Shown here in pieces: positions 1 through 9,167 of a stretch of 64,000 nucleotides of DNA. The stretch is from an uncultured Lachnospiraceae bacterium (GTDB taxonomy: Bacteria; Bacillota; Clostridia; Christensenellales; UBA1242): NCBI GenBank assembly GCA_964646345.1, contig CAZYDU010000002.1:103961-167960 (forward strand). The letters are read 5' to 3'. Under the pieces are notes generated by a model. The model searched no databases and was not told the origin of the DNA. It was given only the letters and a program-made list of their open reading frames with translations. Each line of letters begins with the position of its first letter. Within the stretch, counting starts at the first letter, position 1. A program made the position numbers and the translations under genes.

Positions 1-572
1 TGTGCACTTGTCATATTCATAAAATATTTTGCACCATTAACAACTTCTTCCATTCTGAATTCCGAAATGGTTTGATTAACCGAACTATTAGGGTCTGTTG
101 AATCCATCAAAACGAGCAAATTTTTGTATGACCTTGAACCAGTGTAAGCATACTTTAAAAAAGATGGCATATCAGTTATCGTATCAATCACACCTGAATC
201 TTTAAGCCTAGTGATTAAATTAACATCACTAATCGAATCAATTTCTGGTAAATCTTCAACATCATCACTTCCATCGGTCATAATCAAAACATGCTTGCAA
301 TAAACACCTTCTGACGACATTTTGTCAACAATATTTAAAACTTTACCCGAAGCTGGAGAAAAAATATTTACACCAAGTTTTCCAACCGGTTTAGCAAGTA
401 ACGTACCTTGCTTAACTTTATCACCAATTCTAACAACCGCTTCAGACTCTGTGATATTTTTAAGTTTTAAAGGCACATTATAAAAACTAGCAAGCTTAAG
501 TTGCTTAATATCTTGTCCTAAAGTATTTTTCTTTGTAAATGGATATAATCCCCTAAAACTTACAAGTCCCAC
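1..572 (-). CDS. RnfC/NqrA-like barrel-sandwich domain protein; the 3' end is cut by the window edge
   Basis: Not in the ORF track. GTG start at 572, with AGGAGA 8 nt upstream, and the frame stays open to base 1. I checked the translation by hand. The stretch VVRIGDKVKQGTLLAKPVGKLGVNIFSPASGKVLNIV resembles the N-terminal hybrid-barrel of RnfC/NqrA. No GGAGFP-type motif appears in the visible part. Confidence 0.35.
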   Translation of the reverse strand, partial: MGLVSFRGLYPFTKKNTLGQDIKQLKLASFYNVPLKLKNITESEAVVRIGDKVKQGTLLAKPVGKLGVNIFSPASGKVLNIVDKMSSEGVYCKHVLIMTDGSDDVEDLPEIDSISDVNLITRLKDSGVIDTITDMPSFLKYAYTGSRSYKNLLVLMDSTDPNSSVNQTISEFRMEEVVNGAKYFMNMTSA

Positions 573-873
573 TTCATTACTCTCCTAATATATTATATAT
601 TACCAAAAAATTACATTATTGTAAAACATTTTAAGTGGATTTCGATATTTATTTTTTTGAGAAAAAACCCAAAATTTTCCCCCACTAATTCAACAAAAAA
701 CAAACGATTTTTAATAAATAGAAAAAATAAAAAAATTATTAAAAACTATCATTGAATTTCAATTAAAAATTTACATAATTTTCAAGAATTTTCACTTAAA
801 AAATAACAAAAAAAAGAGTGTCATTTAACTAAAAATAACACTCGAAATTTGGATAAAAATTTTAAATTTTTTC

Positions 874-1248
874 TTAACTTTTCTTCTTACAAAAAACTGA
901 TGTACAAAACATAAATATTCCAACCAAAATTATAAATGAACCAAAAATAATTTTTAGCAAATTAGAATGAATTTTTAAGGAAAAAATACAAGCAATTCCA
1001 GCAAGCAAACTCGCTGGCAATCCCACACACAAAACCACCCAAAAATCAATTAATTTTTTGCAAATGTAAATCACAAAACAAACAATAGCTAATCCTAAAA
1101 AACACAACACATTTGTTGACTGACAATAAATTTGTTCCACACCAAACATTAAGGAAAGAAGCGGAACTAAAAATGTTCCACCACCCATACCCATTCCGGC
1201 AAAAACTCCAGAGCAAAATCCAATTAAAATAAAAAATAAAAACCGCAT
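874..1248 (-). CDS. TSUP (TauE/SafE) family membrane protein, C-terminal 4-TM half-size unit
   Basis: 124 aa with four hydrophobic segments and a GxGxGGG-type motif (GMGMGGGTFLVPLL). It has its own ATG with GGAG 7 nt upstream. Confidence 0.6.
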   Translation of the reverse strand: MRFLFFILIGFCSGVFAGMGMGGGTFLVPLLSLMFGVEQIYCQSTNVLCFLGLAIVCFVIYICKKLIDFWVVLCVGLPASLLAGIACIFSLKIHSNLLKIIFGSFIILVGIFMFCTSVFCKKKS

Positions 1249-1314
1249 AATTTCTCCAATATTTATTATTTTTGTGTGATTTTTTGGAATGTTTTGACCC
1301 TTTTTGCGTTTTTT

Positions 1315-1686
1315 CTAAATCATAATCATCAATATTCCAGCCACAAGTAAAAGGCAAGAAAAAATAATATTTATAACTTTGTTTTTAAATTTCTGCAACA
1401 AAAAAGTTCCTAAAATCGCACCAGCAAGTGAGCCGATAAAACACCACAAAGTAAGTTTATAGTCAATTTGCTTGTGTACAAAAAATACAACCGAACTTGA
1501 GATACACATAAGCATCACACAACCTAGTGTAGTTGCATGAACCTTCTTTTCATCAAGTTTACTAACAAGCCGTATTAAAGGAACTAATAATAATCCAGCT
1601 CCAGCACCAAACAAACCATTAATCACACCACCAAAAATACCGACCATCACAAGCAAAATAATTTGTTTCATAGTAAACTTTTTCAT
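1315..1686 (-). CDS. TSUP (TauE/SafE) family membrane protein, N-terminal 4-TM half-size unit
   Basis: 123 aa, GLFGAGAGLLLVPL motif, four TM segments. Lies directly upstream of the second half-size gene. Confidence 0.6.
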   Translation of the reverse strand: MKKFTMKQIILLVMVGIFGGVINGLFGAGAGLLLVPLIRLVSKLDEKKVHATTLGCVMLMCISSSVVFFVHKQIDYKLTLWCFIGSLAGAILGTFLLQKFKNKVINIIFSCLLLVAGILMIMI

Positions 1687-1883
1687 AGTATTAGTATCTT
1701 CATTTTTCCTAAATTTATTTAGACGAAATATTTGTTATTATAACATTATATATTTGAAAAAATATTAAGACATTAAGTTATAATTTAATTACTAAATAAT
1801 ATTATATTTTTATAACTTTATTAAGACATAATTTTTAAACATACAAACAAATATATCGTATCATTTCGACTTTTATTCCCTAT

Positions 1884-1969
1884 GTCATTTCGAGCGAAAT
1901 CGAGAAATCCCCTTGATAGAATGCAGTTGTTTTTTTCAAAGAGATCTCTCCACTACGGTCGAGATGACA
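1884..1969. repeat. Head-to-head pair of GTCATTTCGAGCG..CGAGAAATCCCC units (dispersed hairpin repeat family)
   Basis: 1884-1912 gtcatttcgagcgaaatcgagaaatcccc. The inverted copy is at 1941-1969 (reverse complement tgtcatctcgaccgtagtggagagatctc). A truncated copy atcatttcgac lies at 1860-1870. Confidence 0.85.
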
Positions 1970-2164
1970 GAACGCAAAGCGTTCTTATCCAACTCACAAG
2001 ACTTTGTATATCATCACTCCGCAGGACTGTATTTCATCACACTGAAACTTGAATCTGCGACTTTATGAAATACAAAACTTCGTTTTAGCGAAATACAATT
2101 TTTTGCAAAAATTGATGATATACAACGACTTTGTCGTTAATTTGTTTCAGTGTGTATTTATTGT

Positions 2165-2204
2165 GTCATTTCGACTGGAGCATAGCGGAATGGAGAAATC
2201 CCCC
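2165..2204 (+). repeat. Long-form unit of the same repeat family
   Basis: gtcatttcgactggagcatagcggaatggagaaatccccc. It closely matches the unit at 49337-49377. Confidence 0.8.
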
Positions 2205-2429
2205 AGTCTGTATCGTTTCAACCCTGTGACTTTCTTTGTTATTTCATTTCTCATCAACACAAGTCTTATTTATTTGTTTATCACTCTACAAATATTTTAT
2301 ACCCCACTATTTCGCCATAAAATTCTTTTATTCTTTCAAATAAAAATTAAGGAAAAGGTTGATTTTTTAATAAAAATAGACTATCATTAATACGATATTA
2401 TATTATTATAGCAAAATAGGTGGAAATTT

Positions 2430-5400
2430 ATGAAAAACAAAACTTTAATTACTAGTCGCAAAAAAAAGTCAATCGCAAGTTTATTTCTTGCTCTTTTGTT
2501 AATGTTCTCATTCAACTCAACCCCAATGGTTTTGATTGCAAACAATATGAGAAAAACAAATGCATATAAACCAACTGAAACTCAAACTTACTACTCAAAC
2601 ATTGCTAGTGAGCTTGAGAAAAATTTTAGTGATGGTAAATATCCTTCTTCACTAGAAAAATATTTTGATGGTAGTACTAAAAACTTTAACGTTTACAACT
2701 ACTATACTGCAAAGTTTGAAGAAAATTACAAAACAATCATTGAACCATTCTTTAAAAACTGGGGAACTTATGGTGGAGCAAGCGATAGCTATAGCACTAA
2801 GTTATCCACCCTATTCGCACACTATGGTGTTGAAACACTTTATGAACTTTACACAAGTCTTCAAAATGGCGATTATCTAAAAGAATTGGCAACTGAAAAA
2901 AATTATAGTGTATCATCATACCAAGACTTTGTTGAATTATTTGCCATTTATGGTCTTCCAGAATATTCAACTGATTCTTCAATGCCAGCAATCCTATCAA
3001 GCTTTGAAACAAATGCAACTCTAGACACATGCACAAAGCTTTCAACATTTTATAGACTTGTTAGAAGTTATACATATTCTGATGGCCATGGCTATGATTC
3101 TTTTGTTGATGACGAAGGCAACAATTCCGAAATTAGTTCAAGAGATGCATTCTATAAAAGCAACACTCACTACGTTGCGATTTCTGAAAAGATTGTAGAA
3201 GAAATCAAGAAAAATGCACCTGCTTACATTTTTGATAATAAAACACAAGATACAAACATTGCTGCGATCTTTGCAAACAATGCCCCACTATCTTTAAATT
3301 ACAATTACACAGGAAGTTACACAACCTACACAACTCCTAACATCACATATGCAACAGAAACTGACAGCAATGTAAAATATAGAGCAGTTTATTATTGGGG
3401 CAACCAATCTGATGTTAGTAGCAATGCTTACTATCAAGCACATTCAGCTGTTTGGAAAATTTCTAGCGAAGCTGACAAAGCTGCCGCTGAAAAAGACATG
3501 ATTTCTTATAGACCAATCCTTGAAGGCGAAGATGGTTATGTTGAAGGAAAAACTACCTACTATAAAGTTAACAGCTTAAATTACGTTACTACTTACAATA
3601 AAATTTATACAATTTACGTTTTAAATGATAACCCAACCCAAAACGAACTTGACACATATTCTGCAATGTACTTCACACCAATTTCTCAATCAGACCTTGA
3701 TGCAGATATGGAAAAAACATATAATACTTCTAGTGGCACATATTCATATAATAACCCTGATGATAGATATTATATCAATATTCCTTATGAAGAAGACCAA
3801 CTATATTTTAAATGTATCTATAATAACTACTTATTCTCAAAAACATTTGATTTCGATTCATTTGTGGATTATTTTACCTACAAAGATGGTGGCAAAACAC
3901 TTTCTAAACTTTATATCAAATGTAAATCAACAAGTGAGAGAAATGTTGTATTTATTGAAGAATCTAAGCTTGCAGAATTTAAAGAAGCTTATCCAAATTA
4001 TACCAATGAAGTTAGAACATTTAGACAAGCTGATTTCATTGAAAACGACTATGAACAAATCACTCAAAATTCTTCAAATTCAGGCTATCTCCCAACAAGT
4101 AGCAGTGAACCACTAACATTTAAGCTCTATTTCCAAAAAGTTAAAGAATATTACACAAATGGTGTAACTTCAACCTACTCAGGCTATGAACAAGAAAAAG
4201 ATGTTATCAAAAATCTAACTCAAACAACCATTGCATCTTCCGCTTATGAACTTGATGGTGGAAAGCGTGCTCTTTATGTTTTGGATAATGGTGTGGATTT
4301 ATCTTCAACAAGTTTTGATAATGATCACAAAATCAAACAAAGCGAAATTGATGCTAATCCAAACTACTATGTTCCTGCCCTAGCATCAGAATACGAAAGT
4401 TTAAATTTAGATAGTACTGTATATAATCTATATTATAAACATAAATCCACTACAGCTGATGAAATTTATGTTGTAGATGATTCAAGCAATGCCTCAGAAA
4501 ATCCAATCTATAAAACATTAAACTACAAAGTTATAACAAGCAATGAATACAAAGAAAACTATTCAAACTACCTTCTTATTGTTGAAGGCGATGTAAACTA
4601 CAATAAAAACTTCTTGCTTTATTATAAATATGAAAGAACAGCAAACACTTCAAAATATTATGTTTTAAGAGATGATATTGCATCGGTTGATGCAAACACA
4701 GTAAATGCATTAAAATCTCAATATAGCTATGTTGGTTCAGGCGAACTTTCTGATTATGTTTTAATGGAAGAAAATGAAAATAACGAAACTCAAGAAAAAT
4801 ACAAAACCGTTAGAAAGTCCTTCTTTGGTAATGAAGGAAATGGTGGCGAAACCCTACACCTATACTACAAAAAAACTGACGTTTTTGTTCAAAATGAATT
4901 AAAAAATGGTAATGCTATTTATGTTGTAGATTCATCATTAGGTTCTGGCGAAAGAGAAACCTATTCTGCAAATTTCTGGACAGTTATTACAAAAACTGAA
5001 GTATCTAACAATCCAGAACTATATGTACAAATCACAGAAAAAGACGAAAACTATTCTGAAGGCTACACACTTTATTATAGATACATTGAATCAAGTTCAA
5101 CACATAACAAGGTATACTCTATTGAAGATATCGACACAACCGCAAGTGATTTCAATGCTAATGATTATGAGCTCATCACAGATGGTAAATATGGATACAT
5201 TCAAAATAGTGAGTTATATTACAAACAAATAATTACCTCAACTCAAAATAACACAATTTCAAAAAATTCATTCTATTATTATCAGACATCTTCAACTGTT
5301 ACCCTTTCATCTAACAGTTACTATGCAATTTCATTCTATGTTTTCACAACCAATAATGATGGCGATAATGCAAAAGCATCTTTCTCTATCAAAGATACAG

Positions 5401-8400
5401 CTGGAGTGATGTCAGACATCAATCTTAACAACATCAGCACAAATGGAACATGGCAACAATATTACATTTTCATTTCAACTGATACAGCAACATCTTCAAC
5501 AATCAATATTTATCTATATCTTGGAGATGAAGAACACGGAATTAAAGGCGATAACAATAATGGTGTAACATCAATTACCGGTGCAGTTTTCTTTGATAAT
5601 ATTGAGATTACGAAAATCGGTGTTACCGACTATAATAAACGAGCTATCAGCAATGAACTTGTTTATTCTAAAAACTTAACCACTGGCGAAGGCGAAAGCA
5701 AAGTTAATGTAGATGGCAGTTATGCTGACGAATATAACAACCAAGTATTCATTGCTAATGAAGAAGCTGTTAGACCAGACGGAAATCAAAGATTCGAAAA
5801 CAATATCTATGATTATAAAAATCTTTTAAATAACTCTCCTATAACTGGAGACTACAAAGGTTATACTTGGAATAATATTTTCGACTTTAATAATGCATCA
5901 TCTAACGAACTTAAAAATATTCTTGGTTACTACTCTGCTTCCACTGAAGAAGGTGTTGAACCAACGATAATCAACAATCAATTACTAGCAACTCTTGGCT
6001 CAAAAGATACTACTCATAATAGATATAATATAACTGGTTATGATATGTATAATCTATACACTGAAAGTGGAACTATAAATTCATCAAATGATTTATTCCC
6101 TACTCTTTGGAGATACTATGTTTCTCGTGACCTAGGTCGTGAGGGTTTATCACTTGATAAATATCTAAATGCTTATGCTAAAGGCGACCTTGAAGTTTCA
6201 ATTACAAATAAAATCGAAGAAACAAAAGTTGATGAAGATGACGAGGACGAAAAAGGCAAAGATGATGATGATGAAAAAGATGCTGACGATATTGTTTATG
6301 TAAGTGAACCTTTCAATGTAAACAACTATGCCTTGAAACTCAAAAACAAAAACAACGACATTTCATTAGGTATTACATCAAATGCTTTCACAATTCAACA
6401 ATTTGGATACTATAAAATTACCGTTTGGATTTACTCTCCAGACAAAGAAGGCACAGCTACTTTAACACTAAACTCAGTTGCTTATGGTGCTTCAGCAAAT
6501 CAACAAGGTTCTTTGTTAACCACAACAATTTCAAGTGCTAATGCAAATGTTGCAAACTCAACATCAAAAAGCGATGAATATGGCTGGATTCCTGTAACTT
6601 TCTATGTTGAAGGTAATGCTCGTAGAAATATGCAATGCTATCTTGTATTGTCTGCAGACAATAACTCAACTGTATATTTCGATAATATTACTATCGAAAA
6701 AATCACAAGCAAACTTTATGATAGCAATACATCAAGTTCTGCTTATAGTGGTGCTTTATCATTAACTCCAAGTGCAACTTATGATAACACAGGAATTAAA
6801 AATGGTAACTTTGATTATGTTATAGAAACAAATTCAAGCATTACAAATTCTGTAAACACTATCAACCCACGCCCAGCTGATAACTGGACTGAACTTTCAA
6901 CCAACTCAGACAGAGTTGTTGCTGGTGTAGTTTCAACAAAAAATCAAAATGAATTTTTTAATAGATATGTTAACGGTCGCATACCTTATGAAAACTATAG
7001 TTCTTCATATCAAGATAACTTTAGCAATATTTATGCTATTTATGCACCAGGTACTGTTGATACAATATTAGAAAATGATTCAGGCGACCCTATCACAACA
7101 AGTTATGCTCACAACTACTCTATTTATTCTGGCTCGCTCTCACTTTCTTCTAGCACACTCTATGAAATTTCATTTAAGTTCTATGCAGATTCAAATTTCT
7201 CAGGCAATCTTGTTTCAAATATTTACTTATCTTCAGTTAAAACTGCAAACATTTTTGCGTCAATGAAAGAAACACAATCAGACAACGGGAAATGGAAAAC
7301 ATATACATACTATATTTTAACAGGAACATCATCTCAAACTGTTTACCTTGAACTTGGTGTTGAAAATGCCGTTGGAACATGCTATTTCAAAAATGTTTCA
7401 TCAACTAAGGTCTCAACTGGCGAAACATTAGACGAAATTATTGCAAATGTTGCAAAAGATAATAACATCACAAGCGGTTCAACAACCGATATTTACAATG
7501 CAATTAAGAATGTTCGTTTCATCGATATGGCTGATATGGATTTCAGTTACCATGAACCAAATGAAAATGAAACCGGTCTTTTTGAACAAAAAGTATTCAC
7601 AAATAACACTGAAACAACTGATGACCACACATCAGGAAAGACCGGCGTTGTTGTTGCAAACTACTTTGACACCGTTCAAACAACAACTTATTCAGTAACA
7701 ATCAATAAAACAACCTACTATATCGGTGAAGTTTACAAAGTAAGCTATAACGATAATGATTATTTTGTACACAAAACATATAATGCAAAATCAAATACTT
7801 ACGAATATAAACTTTACAGTGACACTAAACTCTCTCAAGAAATTACACAAATTAATAGTCAAGACGTTGTAATTGAAGTAACATCAACTGGTATCAGCGT
7901 TTCAGTTGGTTCAGTTAATGTTGAACAATCTAATATCACAACAACCTATCGTTTGTATAAATACTCTGATTTAAGAGAAGAAGTTGCTGAAATTGATGGT
8001 TCAGAAGTTAAGGTTGAAAATCTAAACAAAGTTGTTGTTGGCACTGGTTCAAAAGCAACTGAAAACACAACAACTACTGAAACAAACACATCATATATTT
8101 ATCACTTCGGTTCAAAAGAACTTGAATTTAACAATACCATCATTCCTTCAGATGAGCTTGTAAACAATCAATCAGGCAATGTGCTTATTTTAGCAAATGG
8201 TTATTCAACTGATTACATTACCCTTACACAAACAACCACAAGAACAATCGGAAAATCAACCTACAATGTTCTTAGAATTTATGTAAAAACAAGCGATTTC
8301 AGTTCTGAAGACTTTGGTTTAAACATCGAAATCGATGCAATCAATGTTAAATGGGAAAATATTAATACAACAAATTTAACCGATGAAGCTGATAAATATG

Positions 8401-8930
8401 GTTTCGTTTGCTATGAAGTTTTAATCAGTACAAACTCAACTGACTCTGTTTCAAATTTTGCTGTTAAACTTTCTCTTGGTTCTGAAGATGATTTAGGTTA
8501 CGGCTATGCAATTATCTCAGACATTTCACTTGAAACATTCTCAAGCAAAGAAGCATTTGAACATTATTCAGATGTAGCTGGAGAAAAAGAAACTGTTAAG
8601 AGAAAATTATATGAAGAAACATCATCTAGCAGTTCATCAGATGATAAAGAACCAGATGACAAAAACTCTGTAAGCTGGGCTACATTCTTCTACATCTTCT
8701 CATCTATCCTTCTTGTTGTAACAATGGTTATTGCAATGGTTGCTCTTGTATTGAAGAAACACCCTATCAAATTTGCTAAAAAATATGCAAATGAACATGA
8801 CCGTGATATTGATTCATTAACCACCAAGAAAACTACAATTTCAACGAATTCTAGCGATTCATTATATGGTGCAGATTCAAAAGAAAAGAGAAACATGAAA
8901 GATAAAAACAATTCAGGCGGAATTATTTAG
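2430..8930 (+). CDS. Giant (2166 aa) N/T/S/Y-rich surface protein with an N-terminal signal/anchor and a C-terminal TM anchor; family unknown
   Basis: Single uninterrupted ORF with AGGTGG 8 nt upstream of the ATG. Hydrophobic N-terminus at aa 13-36. TM segment at aa 2083-2109, followed by a basic tail. Four modules ending in FDNI-I-KI-like strands. Acidic run at aa 1267-1287. Confidence 0.85.
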   Translation: MKNKTLITSRKKKSIASLFLALLLMFSFNSTPMVLIANNMRKTNAYKPTETQTYYSNIASELEKNFSDGKYPSSLEKYFDGSTKNFNVYNYYTAKFEENYKTIIEPFFKNWGTYGGASDSYSTKLSTLFAHYGVETLYELYTSLQNGDYLKELATEKNYSVSSYQDFVELFAIYGLPEYSTDSSMPAILSSFETNATLDTCTKLSTFYRLVRSYTYSDGHGYDSFVDDEGNNSEISSRDAFYKSNTHYVAISEKIVEEIKKNAPAYIFDNKTQDTNIAAIFANNAPLSLNYNYTGSYTTYTTPNITYATETDSNVKYRAVYYWGNQSDVSSNAYYQAHSAVWKISSEADKAAAEKDMISYRPILEGEDGYVEGKTTYYKVNSLNYVTTYNKIYTIYVLNDNPTQNELDTYSAMYFTPISQSDLDADMEKTYNTSSGTYSYNNPDDRYYINIPYEEDQLYFKCIYNNYLFSKTFDFDSFVDYFTYKDGGKTLSKLYIKCKSTSERNVVFIEESKLAEFKEAYPNYTNEVRTFRQADFIENDYEQITQNSSNSGYLPTSSSEPLTFKLYFQKVKEYYTNGVTSTYSGYEQEKDVIKNLTQTTIASSAYELDGGKRALYVLDNGVDLSSTSFDNDHKIKQSEIDANPNYYVPALASEYESLNLDSTVYNLYYKHKSTTADEIYVVDDSSNASENPIYKTLNYKVITSNEYKENYSNYLLIVEGDVNYNKNFLLYYKYERTANTSKYYVLRDDIASVDANTVNALKSQYSYVGSGELSDYVLMEENENNETQEKYKTVRKSFFGNEGNGGETLHLYYKKTDVFVQNELKNGNAIYVVDSSLGSGERETYSANFWTVITKTEVSNNPELYVQITEKDENYSEGYTLYYRYIESSSTHNKVYSIEDIDTTASDFNANDYELITDGKYGYIQNSELYYKQIITSTQNNTISKNSFYYYQTSSTVTLSSNSYYAISFYVFTTNNDGDNAKASFSIKDTAGVMSDINLNNISTNGTWQQYYIFISTDTATSSTINIYLYLGDEEHGIKGDNNNGVTSITGAVFFDNIEITKIGVTDYNKRAISNELVYSKNLTTGEGESKVNVDGSYADEYNNQVFIANEEAVRPDGNQRFENNIYDYKNLLNNSPITGDYKGYTWNNIFDFNNASSNELKNILGYYSASTEEGVEPTIINNQLLATLGSKDTTHNRYNITGYDMYNLYTESGTINSSNDLFPTLWRYYVSRDLGREGLSLDKYLNAYAKGDLEVSITNKIEETKVDEDDEDEKGKDDDDEKDADDIVYVSEPFNVNNYALKLKNKNNDISLGITSNAFTIQQFGYYKITVWIYSPDKEGTATLTLNSVAYGASANQQGSLLTTTISSANANVANSTSKSDEYGWIPVTFYVEGNARRNMQCYLVLSADNNSTVYFDNITIEKITSKLYDSNTSSSAYSGALSLTPSATYDNTGIKNGNFDYVIETNSSITNSVNTINPRPADNWTELSTNSDRVVAGVVSTKNQNEFFNRYVNGRIPYENYSSSYQDNFSNIYAIYAPGTVDTILENDSGDPITTSYAHNYSIYSGSLSLSSSTLYEISFKFYADSNFSGNLVSNIYLSSVKTANIFASMKETQSDNGKWKTYTYYILTGTSSQTVYLELGVENAVGTCYFKNVSSTKVSTGETLDEIIANVAKDNNITSGSTTDIYNAIKNVRFIDMADMDFSYHEPNENETGLFEQKVFTNNTETTDDHTSGKTGVVVANYFDTVQTTTYSVTINKTTYYIGEVYKVSYNDNDYFVHKTYNAKSNTYEYKLYSDTKLSQEITQINSQDVVIEVTSTGISVSVGSVNVEQSNITTTYRLYKYSDLREEVAEIDGSEVKVENLNKVVVGTGSKATENTTTTETNTSYIYHFGSKELEFNNTIIPSDELVNNQSGNVLILANGYSTDYITLTQTTTRTIGKSTYNVLRIYVKTSDFSSEDFGLNIEIDAINVKWENINTTNLTDEADKYGFVCYEVLISTNSTDSVSNFAVKLSLGSEDDLGYGYAIISDISLETFSSKEAFEHYSDVAGEKETVKRKLYEETSSSSSSDDKEPDDKNSVSWATFFYIFSSILLVVTMVIAMVALVLKKHPIKFAKKYANEHDRDIDSLTTKKTTISTNSSDSLYGADSKEKRNMKDKNNSGGII

Positions 8931-8946
8931 TAAAAAACACTTAAAT

Positions 8947-8981
8947 CTTTATTGATTTAAGTGTTTTTTTTGCAATAATCA
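8947..8981 (+). terminator. Rho-independent terminator of the giant gene
   Basis: acacttaaatc / gatttaagtgt, an 11-bp perfect stem with a 6-nt loop, followed by a T-run. Confidence 0.7.
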
Positions 8982-9167
8982 TACCCCAAAAATTAAATAA
9001 ATTATTAATTCAAACCTATTATTTTGAAAATTTGACCATTTAATTACTTAAAATGACACCATTTTTAACAATAATGATGTATTTCTCACAAAATTACAAA
9101 AAAAATCACCGAGCAATTCGGCAATTTTTTATTAAAAATTCTGTCTCAGAACGTCTGAGAGTTAACT

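Noticed and set aside
874-1686. Considered calling the two TSUP halves a frameshifted pseudogene.
   Set aside because: The second half has a proper GGAG RBS and ATG. The first half ends at a clean stop after a complete fourth TM. The 66-bp spacer shows no residual coding similarity that I can see. I kept them as two genes, flagged in the findings.
2004-2125. Considered an invertible promoter (inverton) bounded by the 13-bp inverted repeats, controlling the giant surface protein.
   Set aside because: No recombinase or invertase gene is nearby. The enclosed about 96 bp have no convincing promoter. The repeats are interleaved with other palindromes, which is typical of decayed small repeat elements. 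Only read-level evidence could revive this idea.
2049-2390. 113-aa plus-strand ORF in the long intergenic region upstream of the giant gene.
   Set aside because: It starts with TTG, has no RBS, and runs straight through a repeat unit (translated as SFRLEHSGMEKSP) and then AT-rich spacer. It looks like a by-product of the repeats.
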